A stretch of 64,000 nucleotides of DNA from Octopus vulgaris (Eukaryota). Position numbers and translations under genes: made by a program. Below, in pieces: positions 51,793-62,984 of the stretch. The notes under the pieces are model-generated. The model was not told where the DNA came from, ran no database searches, and worked only from the letters and a program-made list of their open reading frames with translations. How positions within the stretch are numbered: the first letter of the stretch is position 1; each line of letters begins with the position of its first letter. The stretch is taken from positions 95,852,001 through 95,916,000 of the forward strand of contig OX597816.1 of assembly GCA_951406725.2 (NCBI GenBank), given 5' to 3'.

Positions 51793-52687
51793 CTGATAAT
51801 AATAAAAATAACAATAACAACAACGACGACGACAACCATGATGATGATGATGATGTTGATGATGATTGTGGTACTTTTAATGCTTTGTTCTCGCTTATTT
51901 TGTTCTAGTTAATCCCTTGTTCTGTTAATCCTATTCTACAATGAAATGCCATACAAAAGCATCTCTGGTGACATGAAGACTTTCATGTTTTGAAATTGTC
52001 GCCAATAATGCAGCCTCCGGATATTACTACTACTATTGATAGATTGGAGTTCTTTCACCTGTCAATTTCTGTAATTACTGATTGTTTTCTGATTCTGGAA
52101 GTCTAAAATGTAATCTTCTTCGTTCAGAATCGTAAACATCTTCATCTATCTTTTGCTTTTATATTTTTCTTTTATTAATTCTTTTATCGACCTTTGTCAC
52201 GTTATCTCATTCTTCCTTGACATTTAGATATTGTCTCACTTTTCCGGGTTAACTTATTTACACATTCACGCTGTTCCTTTTCAAATTGCTTTAAATGAGA
52301 TGTTAATTTACTTTGCTTAATGGGTATGTCGCGATCACAGTACTCTGTTTCCGGCGAACCAAGTAAACTACAAGGTTTCAATTTCAAACTAGAAATATTT
52401 CACTTTATGTACCAATGAACGCATTATTACAACTGTTATGTAAGAGATTATGATAATATATGGACTCTCATTGTTTTCTTATGGGCATTGCAGGCAAATG
52501 TGTTTAAGAAAGCAAGGAACAGTTTTATTTGTATTGCCTCTAATAATAGTTGTAATAATAGGTTGATGTAAGAAGTCAATTTATTTCAGACTCAGTCCAC
52601 AAAACCACTTCACTCTACACCCATGGAAACTACGTATCTAAACACACTTAGGTGCATCAACAACATACCTCAATGATGACACTGATT

Positions 52688-52691
52688 CACG

Positions 52692-52755
<64 letters not shown>

Positions 52756-52971
52756 AATACACACACACATACGCACACACACACTTACACACGGGTATGC
52801 ACAAGCACATGCGCTTACTCTTTCACACACCCATCCAAACACACGCACACGCACAGACACGGATATACACACACACACATACACATTTACACACAGATAT
52901 GCAAAAGCGTACGCGCTTACTATTTCTCACACCCATACAAACACACACTCACACATACGCACACACACACA

Positions 52972-53041
<70 letters not shown>
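52688..53041. repeat. (CA)n-rich compound microsatellite
   Basis: Long perfect and imperfect CA runs. Confidence 0.9.
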
Positions 53042-53042
<1 letters not shown>

Positions 53043-53499
53043 TCGAACAACACATCATGATAGCTCTGTAACATCAACTCATGTCTAAGTATTCACAAGT
53101 GCCTGCATACACATCAACGTTACGCATGAACATCACTGCAGCAGCAACTCTCAAGGCTACTACATGTTTAACTATTATGACCACGCAGCAAATATGCATA
53201 CAACCACGACCACAAATGATATACTTACATACTATTCTGCAGACAAACCTACATAACTATATCAGCTTTGCATCAGTCACTTAAAAATCTGGCTCCACAT
53301 GGTCGTAGAAAAAGAAACACTTATCAAATCCCCTATGTGCCTTGTTACTACTAACACAAGTGATCATCAGATACGACCAGCAATAAAAAGAGTTACATTC
53401 TACAAGATACACCACCTAGAAATTGACCAAATTTACAAAAAAAAAAAGACAAAAAGAAAAAGAAGAAAATCCAGTCGTATTCTGTAGAGCACAATAGAA

Positions 53500-55810
53500 C
53501 TCTGAGTGTCACATTCTACCAAAAAAAGCCATCACGGATCACCATATTCTAATAAATAAAGCCCCCACAAAAAACTACTGCGAAATTCTACCAAATACAG
53601 CAAACAGTAAATGTCTACCAAACACAACCGTCACTGAATATCACATAATATCTAATACTAAAAACTCCGACAGTCACCTTCTCCCAATCACTGAAATACT
53701 GATTGACGTATTCTATCAAAAGAAAATAATTGACTGTCAAATTGCAGCAAAATAACTTTGCCTATCGTATTCTACCAAATACAGCAAATATTGACGGTTT
53801 GGCACACATAAAAAAAATATTGACACACATCAAAAATATACTGATAGTCACATTCTACTAAATGCAACAACGATTAACACATTGTACAAAAAATAATAAA
53901 CACTGTCTCTCGCATTATAAAAAAACAAAAAAAAAACTACAAGAACCACTAAGTATCACACTCTACCAAACACCACTCTGTTACATTCTAGTGAGCATGA
54001 CAAACATTGACTGTTATATTATACCAAACACAATACACACTGTCACTGTCACCTTTTTTACGAAGAAAGCACGTCTGCTTCTCGCATTCTTCCAAGCACA
54101 ATAAACACTGAGTGTCACATGCTACCAAATACAATAAACGCTGTTACACTACCAAACACAACAAACATTGTTACATTCTAGAAAATATGACAAACAATAA
54201 CTGTTGCATTCTACCAAACACAATGCACAATAACTGTCTCATTCTTACGAAAAAGCACTCTGCTTCGCGCATTCTTATTTCTTTATTGCCCACAAGGGGC
54301 TAAACATAGAAGGGACAAACAAGGACAGACAAACGGATTAAGTCGATTACATTGACCCCAGTGCGCAACTGGTACTTAATTTATCGACCCCGAATGGATT
54401 AAGGGCAAAGTCGACCTCGGCAGGATTTGAACTCAGAACGCAGCGGCGGACGAAATATCACAAGGCATTTCACCTGGCGTGCTAACGTTTCTGCCAGTTC
54501 GCCGCCTTTGATAGAATGCACGAAACATTCTATCAAACACACACACATACACACACAATAACACACACACACACACACACACAAAACGAGTGTCACATTC
54601 TACCAAAGACAGAAAACAATATCTGTTACAATATATGAAGCAAAATGTCTTCAGGATGGTACATTCTGCTAAAGGCATCAAATTGTAAGTGCAACGTTCT
54701 GCTATACATCCCATACCCTGCCTGCCACAATCTATCAAACACAGAAAACAGTGATGGTCACAATTTCTCGAACAATAAACGCTGAGTAAACGCTGATGCC
54801 AAACACTGCAAACCCTGACTGCCACTTTCAAGCAAACTCATCAAACACTGGGTATTACCTTCTACCAAAACACGACAAACATTCACATTCTAACAAACAT
54901 GACACGCTGACTTACATTCACCAGCTTTGGCAAACACTGGCGGTTGCACTCCACCAAACGGCAAACAATGACATTTGTATTCTATCAGACACAATAAACA
55001 CTGACAATTACATTCTCCCAAATGCTACAAAAACTGACTGTCACATTCTATCAGACACAACAAATGCTGACAATTACATTCAAACAAAAACAGCACACAG
55101 AACTAGTTACATTCTATAAAACACGGCAAACACAGAATGCTACATTCTACCTAACACAAAAACGCAGTAACCGTCACATTTTAAAAAACTACCAGTACTG
55201 ACTGTTACATTCTATCAAACACAACAAACACTATCACATCCTACCAAACACTACGAACACTGACTTTTACATTCTACCAAATACAACAAATACGAACGAG
55301 TGCGTTTCTACGAAACACACCAGACTCTGACTTTATATTCCATCAAATGCAACAAAAATTGTCACATTCTACTAATTTCTACGAACACTGTCAAATTCTA
55401 GCAAACACAAAAAACACTTGCATTCCACCAAATACGACAAACACAGAATGGTACATTCTGCCAAACACAACAAATACTGTCACATTCTACCAGACATAAT
55501 AAACACTGACTTTTACGTTCCATGGAACACAACAAACGAAGGCTCTTATATTCTGCCAAACTCAAACAAATGTTGACTGTTACATCCTACAATGGCATCA
55601 AATTCTGACCGTCAAATTCTACCAAACACAGCAAAAACTGATTGTCGCATTCTACCAAACACAAGAAAGACTGTACCAAGCACTGATTACCATATTCTAC
55701 CAAACACAACAAACATTGACTGTAACATTCCGCCAAACATATCAAACACTGTCACATTTTACCAAACATCTCAAACATTGACTGTCACATTCTTCCATAT
55801 ATAGTAACAC
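53500..55810. repeat. Degenerate ~33-bp minisatellite (ACTGACTGTCACATTCTACCAAACACAACAAAC)
   Basis: Dozens of recurring CATTCTACCAAACAC cores; interrupted by a SINE at 54272-54508. Confidence 0.85.
54272..54508 (-). mobile_element. SINE family 2 copy; others at ~1-160(+), 11070-11255(+), 19590-19800(+), 24895-25098(-), 32040-32250(-), 32330-32525(+), 34830-35045(+), 50710-50900(-)
   Basis: Same head and central domain as 41934-42332. Confidence 0.8.
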
Positions 55811-55990
55811 CTGTCTGCCGGTCACATCCTCCGCAAAATATCTTGATTGCTTTAATACACCCGTTTATCACAGCCTGGTTCTACAAAGCGTGCACTAACT
55901 CCCGCACTACGTCCCCACGCAACGTACATTGACTTCTAATCACACTCACTTACACTAGCCGTTTGATTTCACTCCATGCAGCCTACTCAC

Positions 55991-56109
55991 ATTGCTTTGT
56001 TCCCCGCCACTACCTGATGCGACAACAACAATAATAACAATACCAGATTTACTGTTGTAACAATAACAATGAAAATAGCATTGTATTGTGACAGCAATAC
56101 ATATATCAT
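55991..56109 (-). CDS. Candidate secreted Cys-rich peptide gene, exon A (signal peptide MIYVLLSQYNAIFIVIVTTVNLVLLLLLLSHQVVA-GNKA)
   Basis: ATG followed by a hydrophobic core and a VVA|G cleavage-like site; GTGAGT donor, phase 2. Confidence 0.55.
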
Positions 56110-56256
56110 CGAGTATCTGACATCCGGGACCTTGACTGCTGTGTAAACGAAAAGAGGGAGAGAAACTGAGATAGAGACAGGTAAATATAGAAATTGATAG
56201 AGTGAGTGAGAGAGGTGGGGGGAGAAAAAAGAGATAGAGAGAGAGAGAGTAGAAGT

Positions 56257-56332
56257 GGGCGGAGATAAGCTGCACCCACGCTCTTTCATATATAGAGGTG
56301 TGGCTATGACTATGTATGGGGGGCGGAGATAA
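56257..56332 (-). promoter_or_regulatory. Possible promoter of the Cys-rich gene: TATA-like CTATATATGA flanked by two identical GGGCGGAGATAA 12-mers
   Basis: 12-mer (GC box plus GATA) at 56257-56268 and 56321-56332; TATA-like element at 56286-56295, ~180 nt upstream of the ATG. Confidence 0.35.
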
Positions 56333-56760
56333 CGTTGTGTATGTGTGGGAGGCGTCAGCGGTGTATTTGCGTGTGAGGATGACACATAGATGTGTGTGTG
56401 TGTGTGTTTGGCATATGTGTCTATGTGTTTATATAAGTGAAAGTGACACGTCTCTGTGTATATGTATGTGTGCGTGCGTGTGTGTGTGTGTGTGTGTAAA
56501 GGCTTATGCCAGTATATGTGTATGTGTGTAAAAGCTTATGCCAGTGTGTGTTTTTGTGAGTGTGTGTGTGTGTGTGTGTGTGTTCGTGCAAAATGAACAA
56601 CGTAATGTATCAGTGTGGGTGTGTGAGTCAGGTTCGATATGTACATGTGTGTGCTGCCATCGATTAATATTTCATGTGTATGTATGTACGTATATATGTA
56701 TATATGTACGTACTTTGTATGTATGCATGCATGAAAGATTATATACACACACACAGGCAC

Positions 56761-56792
<32 letters not shown>

Positions 56793-57452
56793 GTGTGCGT
56801 GTGTATATATATATTTTTAATATATATATTTATATTTTTTTAATATATATATATATATAATACACAATAATGCACACACACACACACGCATGTGCACACA
56901 CACATTTAGTTGTATATACATGTATGCATATAAGTATGTGTTGTATACCTGTGCGTGTGTGCATATGTACGTGTCAGTGTGGGAATATGTAGGTGCATGA
57001 AACGACCATTCCATTTGTCACTACTGATCACACATTAGCAACATTACTCATTAGACATACCTGCACAAGTGTGTGAGTGTGTGTGTGTGTGTGCATGAGT
57101 GTTGATGCGTGCGTGTGTGTGTGTGTCTGTGAAAGAGAGGGCAGAGGGGGAGAGCAGGTGCGTGCACGCTCCTCTGTGTGTCTGAGCGTGTTGTGTGTGT
57201 GTGTGTGCAATCGTGTGTATGTGAGTGGTACTTATGCATGCACGCAACACTGGCTTAAACGAATGAAAGATTAAGTTCTTTCGGTATTCGTGAGGTTCAG
57301 GGTTCGGTTGCAGTGTTACACCACGAGCAAAAGATTTCTATCCTAGCTTCCGATGGACCCAAGAATTGTGAGTGAAAAAAGTGTTCAGTGAATTCTGTGA
57401 AATTCCTTCGTAAGGGTTCCAAACCATATCTTAACACCAATTGTATCACACT

Positions 57453-57759
57453 TGTTTTGCTCGTTCCTTCTCGAGCCATGCCTGGCTCATAAGGGCCGGT
57501 TTCCCGGTTTCCTTGGCGTATAGGTTCCCCACCTGGACGGGACGCCGGTCCGTCGCAGGTGAGCTGCAAGATGCAGGAGGAAAGAGCGAGAGAAAGTTGT
57601 GGCGAAAGAGTCAGCAGAAGTTCGCCATTACCTTCTAACGGAGTCGCGTGGAGCTTAGGTGTTTCGCTCATAAACACACATCAACCGGTCTGAGATTCGA
57701 ACCCGCGATCCCTCGACCGCGAGTCCGCTGCTCTAACCACTAGGCCATGTGCCTCCACG
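57453..57759 (-). mobile_element. SINE family 3 copy with a 13-bp TSD
   Basis: TSD ATTGTATCACACT at 57440-57452 and 57760-57772; A-box TGGCCTAGTGG, B-box GGTTCGAATC. Confidence 0.88.
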
Positions 57760-58044
57760 ATTGTATCACACTAACGTTGGCTGTATGGTTAAGTAGTTCA
57801 CTTCGCATTCACGTGGTATGAAGTTCAGCTCCATTGCACTGAAACCCCTGGGTAAATGTTTTTACTATAGCGTCGGACCACATCACATAGTCTGCTTTCA
57901 CTTACCTTACTACATTTTTCATGTGCTTGAAGCTACGGAACTGGTAACATTTCATCCTCGCAGATGGGCAGAAAATCCCATCTGTCCACTACGAACCTAT
58001 TTGGTCCTTAATTAGATATCTGATAAACGTGTCACCCAGGTACA

Positions 58045-58664
58045 GCTTTTATTTGTTTCAATCATTAGACTGCGGCCATGATGGGGCATCGTCATTTTTA
58101 GTCGAATGAATCGACCGCAGTGCTTGTTTTTTTTTTGTGAAGTGCTGAAACTTATTCTATTGATATCTTTTTGTCGAACTGCTAAGTTACGAGGACCTAA
58201 ACACACCAACACCGGTTGTCAAGCGATGGCGGAGGACAAACACAGATATAAACACACACATACACACACACACACATGACGGTCTTCTTTCAGATTCCGT
58301 CTACCAAATCCACTCACAAAGCTTTGGTCGGTCCGAGGCTACAGTAAAAGATACTTGCTCAAGGTGCCACGCAGCGGGACTCAACCAGGCACCATATAGT
58401 TGGGAAGCAAGCTTCTTGATTCTTTATTGCCCACAAGGGGCTAAACCTAGAAGGGACAAACAAAGGGATTAAGTCGATTACATCGACCCCAGTGCGTAAT
58501 TGGTACTTAATTTATCGACCCCGAATAGATGAAAGGCAAAGTCGACCTCGGCGGAATTTGAACTCAGAACCTAGCGGCAAACGAAATACCGCTAAGCATT
58601 ACGTCCAGCGTGCTAACGTTTCTGCCAGCTCGCCGCCTTTTTACCACTCAGTCATGCCTGCTCC
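58045..58664 (-). mobile_element. SINE family 1 copy interrupted by a family-2 SINE (~58419-58639)
   Basis: Family-1 body breaks at AAGCTTCTT and resumes with TTACCACTCAGTCATGCC after the nested element. Confidence 0.75.
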
Positions 58665-60120
58665 TATATTGCAGTACACTGAAGTTTTAATGCTAGACAA
58701 GCACAAGTTTTTATATTCTGCTGTATTGAAAGAAAGAGCTGCACACACATCAGATTCATTCGTTTGACCTCGCACAATATGTTGCATGCTAAGATAAAGT
58801 CAAGAGAAATTATATTGTATGACGATGCAGGAAACTGCCAAAGTAACTGAAAGGATCTTCAGACCTCGCAGTAGCATCTAACTTATATAGGACATAAAGC
58901 ATCATATCAGGCATTTGCCCTTCATTACGACTTCTATCCTGGTACGATCTTATGCTCCCAACTATACCACTTTCTTCCCTTTGGGTCTTGCTAGCAATTT
59001 CAAAGATGTGATGAGATTTGCATAATTTTTCAACGCGAGCATGCTAGTTAAACATGGACACACATGTTTAATGTCCCTGTGTACATATTGTTGGTTGGCT
59101 GATGAATCCTTTGAAGTTTTCTGCGCATTAATCGTTCTTGTATCACGTTTTGTCAGGTATCCAAAATCACTCTCCATACCAAGCGAAGTTGGGTGGGATT
59201 GCCAGTTGAGTTGCCGACGAAGCAAGCGTGCAAAAAGTTGTTATGGATCACATGTTACCTGTAGTGCTCTCAAGTGACGTGGCTACACACACGTGCACAA
59301 GTACACACATGTACGCACACACATGTACGCACACACATGTACGCACACACATGTACGCACACACACGTGCACACACAGACACGCACACACACATAATCAT
59401 ATTATGTTTAAAGATATATGAATGTAGACACACACACACTCACACACATACACACACATGCACATGAATGTATCTTCACATTTATAAAGGCATCGAAATT
59501 GTGAGGGATTTTAGTCGATAACTGATAAAGAATGTCCATATCTACGTCTTCTGTGTGTGTGTGTGTGTGTTTGTGTGTGTGTTTCCTATTCTCTGTGTGT
59601 TTCATCGTCATCTTTCCGTGCAAAATTTTATTCTAAGGAATGAATTAGTAGCCGGGGCAAAATGAGTAACTTCTGAATTCTTATTCTTTTCCTACCTGTT
59701 TGAAATCATTACATTGAAGTATAACATCATCATTTTGTATTACTACATTATATTTATGAGTAAAAATTGGCCAGTAGGGATGTTGTTGTTGAAGTTGAGG
59801 GAGTTCGAAAAATAGCTAGGTGGTAGGGTCTCTTTTATCAAGAAATCTTTCCCCAACTTTGACCCGATTGTAATTGAGGTTGCTAATAAAATATATGGAT
59901 AATTTTTGGTGTTTAAGTATCAATATTATTTTCTCTGTTGGATTTCAAGTCAACCTTTTCACAACTATCGGAGCGCGAAGCGCTCCTCGTGAACGCAGGT
60001 TCGTGAGATGGTTGTGATCTGTAAACAGTTTTGTTTACAAACCGGAAAAAGAAGTATGAACACGCAGTACGTATGTGTACACCGAATTCGTAAAACAGTA
60101 GAGAAAAATAAAAACGCAAT

Positions 60121-60525
60121 GTGCATGGCTGTATGGTAAGTAGCTTGCCTACCAACCACATGGTTCCGGGTTCAGTCCCACTGCGTGGCACCTCGGGCAA
60201 GTGTTTCAACTATAGCCCCGGGCCGACCAAAGCCTTGTGAGTGAATTTGGTTGACGGAAACTGAAAGAAGCCCGTCGTATACACACACACATATATATAA
60301 GTATGTGTGTGTATATGTTTGTGTGTGTGTGTGTGTGTGTGTCCCCAACATCGCTTCACAACCGATGCTGGTGTGTTTACATCCCCGTAACTTAGCGGTT
60401 CGGCAAAACAGACGGATAGAATAAGTACTAGGCTTACAAAGAATAAGTCTTGGGGTCGATTTACTCGACTAAAGGCGGTGCATCAGCATGGCCGCAGTCA
60501 AAATGACTGAAACAAGTAAAAGAGC
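60121..60525 (+). mobile_element. tRNA-derived SINE family 1, near full length
   Basis: A/B boxes, CCTCGGGCAAGTG, internal (TG)n, tail AAATGACTGAAACAAGTAAAAGAG. Confidence 0.85.
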
Positions 60526-61375
60526 ATGTCAAAATAAGAAAAGGAAGAGAATAGTAAAGACGCAGTATTGAACAAATTATATGGTGGTCTGCATGTCCCG
60601 TCTGACACCACTACCAAGTAGGTTTGCCGCAATTTTCTTGTTTCCCATACTATTGTCCAATTTGATAATTCTCAAGTTTCAAAAATATGTTTAAAACGGG
60701 GTAAAATGAGTAACGTCTAATTTCAATAATTTCTTCTCTTTAACTGCAGATCGTGAAGGAGCTATAGACAATATTTTATGTTGAGTTTTTATTTATTTAA
60801 TCGAGTATCGTTAATATCATATCATATGCCATTTTCCCCCGACCTCTTTCATTTGACCAAAGTATTTAAAATAGTTTTTGCATTTCTGATCTTTCTGATG
60901 TCTTGTGATGGATATTGATGTGTATGAGTCTGTTTTCTGGAGAATTGAAGCGGCAAATTTACCTTTTCTTGGCTTACTCATTTTGTCCCAGCCAAATTTG
61001 TCTTTTATATGTTCTAAGAGAAAAGGTGATAATTTTCTGAAAGAGAAATCAGATTACGTTATAATGCATTTAAGCATTTTACTGTACTATCGAGGGTAGT
61101 TGGCGTGTAACATTGCGTAATATTGTTTGAATGTTGTACGAAAATCTCAATAAAATGTAATTCCAAAAGAGTCGACATAATGATGTAAAAATGAGGGAAT
61201 GAGTTGTTTAGGGGATGCTAACAATATTTACTGTATCACTGTATCGACCCGATTATCATACACCGTTGGTCATACACCGCTGGTCACAATGTACTTCCAT
61301 TGTTACAGCCTTCGAATGATGCCACTTTGCTGACTAGGTGGGCAGGCCAATATACCCACTGAACACCAGTCCGAC

Positions 61376-61546
61376 GTAAAGTTACCCGTTTACTGTAAAG
61401 TTACTCATTTACCGTAAAGTTATCCGTTTAACATAAAGTTACCCGTTTATCGCAAAGTTACCTGTTTAACGTAAAGTTACCCATTTACCGTGAAGTTACC
61501 CGTTTACCGCAAAGTTACTCGTTTAACGTAAAGTTACCCGTTTACT
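61376..61546. repeat. 19-bp minisatellite, 9 copies (GTAAAGTTACCCGTTTACY)
   Basis: Directly counted tandem units. Confidence 0.9.
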
Positions 61547-61947
61547 GCTGAGTGAACTGAGTAACGTGAAATGAAGTGTTTTGTTCAAGCATACAACACT
61601 CCGCTGGTCTGGGAACTCCCTGACCACTAGGTCACGCGCCTTCACAGCAGAGCATTAAAAATATTAAAATGGCTAAAATATGACAAGTCTGCTGATATTA
61701 TAGCCAGACTATAATTCTAGATTTATATTGTATTTATTAGACCATTTAGTTTTGTAGCTAATTACTTCAATAATATCTTGAGAAGCTTGGATTCACAAAA
61801 CCATTAAGGGTATGGCTGATTGGATAATTACAATTATAAACCATTATTGGATCTGCAAAAATATATAAAATATTCAAGATAATTTAGCTTCTAATATGGA
61901 CACAAGCACGCTTATAGACATATATACATACATAATTTGTATGCGCA

Positions 61948-62050
61948 TCCGTCAGTCTGTCCGTCCGTCCGTCCGTCCGTCCGTCCGTCCGTCCGTCTGT
62001 CTGTCTGTCTGTCTGTCTCTGTCTGTCTGTCTGTCTGTATGTCTGTCTGC

Positions 62051-62085
<35 letters not shown>

Positions 62086-62093
62086 TCTATCTG

Positions 62094-62128
<35 letters not shown>

Positions 62129-62240
62129 GCCTGTCTGTCTATTTACCTGGTATGCGTAAGTATATACATATATATATATATGAGTGTGTATGTGTATGTG
62201 CGCGCGCGTGTATGTGTGTGTGTGTGTATTTGTGTGTGTA
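61948..62240. repeat. Compound microsatellite (CCGT)n-(CTGT)n-(CTAT)n followed by TA/TG runs
   Basis: Directly visible. Confidence 0.9.
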
Positions 62241-62625
62241 TAATTTATCCACTCGGTCATACATATGTACACATCAACCAATTCAGATAACCTCAAACAA
62301 AACGAAATGGCGACTCAAATAAAAGCCTCACATTTTGTTAGTGACCAGATTGAATTCTGCAAAAAAAAAAAAATCTGAAATAAATCCAACCCACAAATTC
62401 ATACATCCGTCCGTCCGTCCGTCCGTCCATCCATCCATCCATCCATCCATCCATCCAGACGTGCAGGCTGTTAGATAGTAAGACAGATAAGTAGGGTTCA
62501 GGAACAGTTTGAAGATCAGCTGAAAACGATCCAATGCGAGTAGTAAGCAGGAACCCTCTTATTACTGTATAACGAAGGAAAATTGTCCGTCTCGTTAAAT
62601 ACCTTTGAAAAACAATCATTTAGAG

Positions 62626-62984
62626 CAGTGATTTTCAACTGGGTCCATATAGCCCTTGAGGGCCCGTATAAGATTGGGCGGGGGTGAGGGTCCACGCAAC
62701 AAAATAGTGAATTGGGGATGCACAACAGTATTTTAAGGACCCCCGAAAAAAGTTTGCTTCAGATGTATGTATTGGTTTGTATTGCAAGAAACAGCTACGT
62801 TTCTTTCTCTAACATTTTACATAGTTCAACCCACACAAATTAATGTGCGAAAATCAAAACAGGAATCTTGAAAGAAAATTTCTATAAAACTAGCTTTTAA
62901 ACAACGAATGGATATGGAGGTGGGCACCAGAATAAAATAGTAATCAATGGGGTCTAGAGAAAAAAAAATGGCTGGGAACCCCTG
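62626..62984. mobile_element. hAT/Charlie-like MITE
   Basis: TIRs CAGTGATTTTCAAC / GCTGGGAACCCCTG; degenerate 8-bp TSD ATTTAGAG / TTTTAGAA. Confidence 0.65.

Noticed and set aside
57961-57984. 8-bp hairpin CAGATGGG/CCCATCTG
   Set aside because: Short, isolated and without ribozyme or terminator context; could be chance.
56316-59623. Many ORFs rich in CV/HT/YI dipeptides
   Set aside because: Translations of (TG)n, (CA)n and (TA)n microsatellites.
61376-61546. CRISPR-like regular repeats (also 53500-55810)
   Set aside because: Contiguous tandem units without unique spacers; eukaryotic context; no cas genes.
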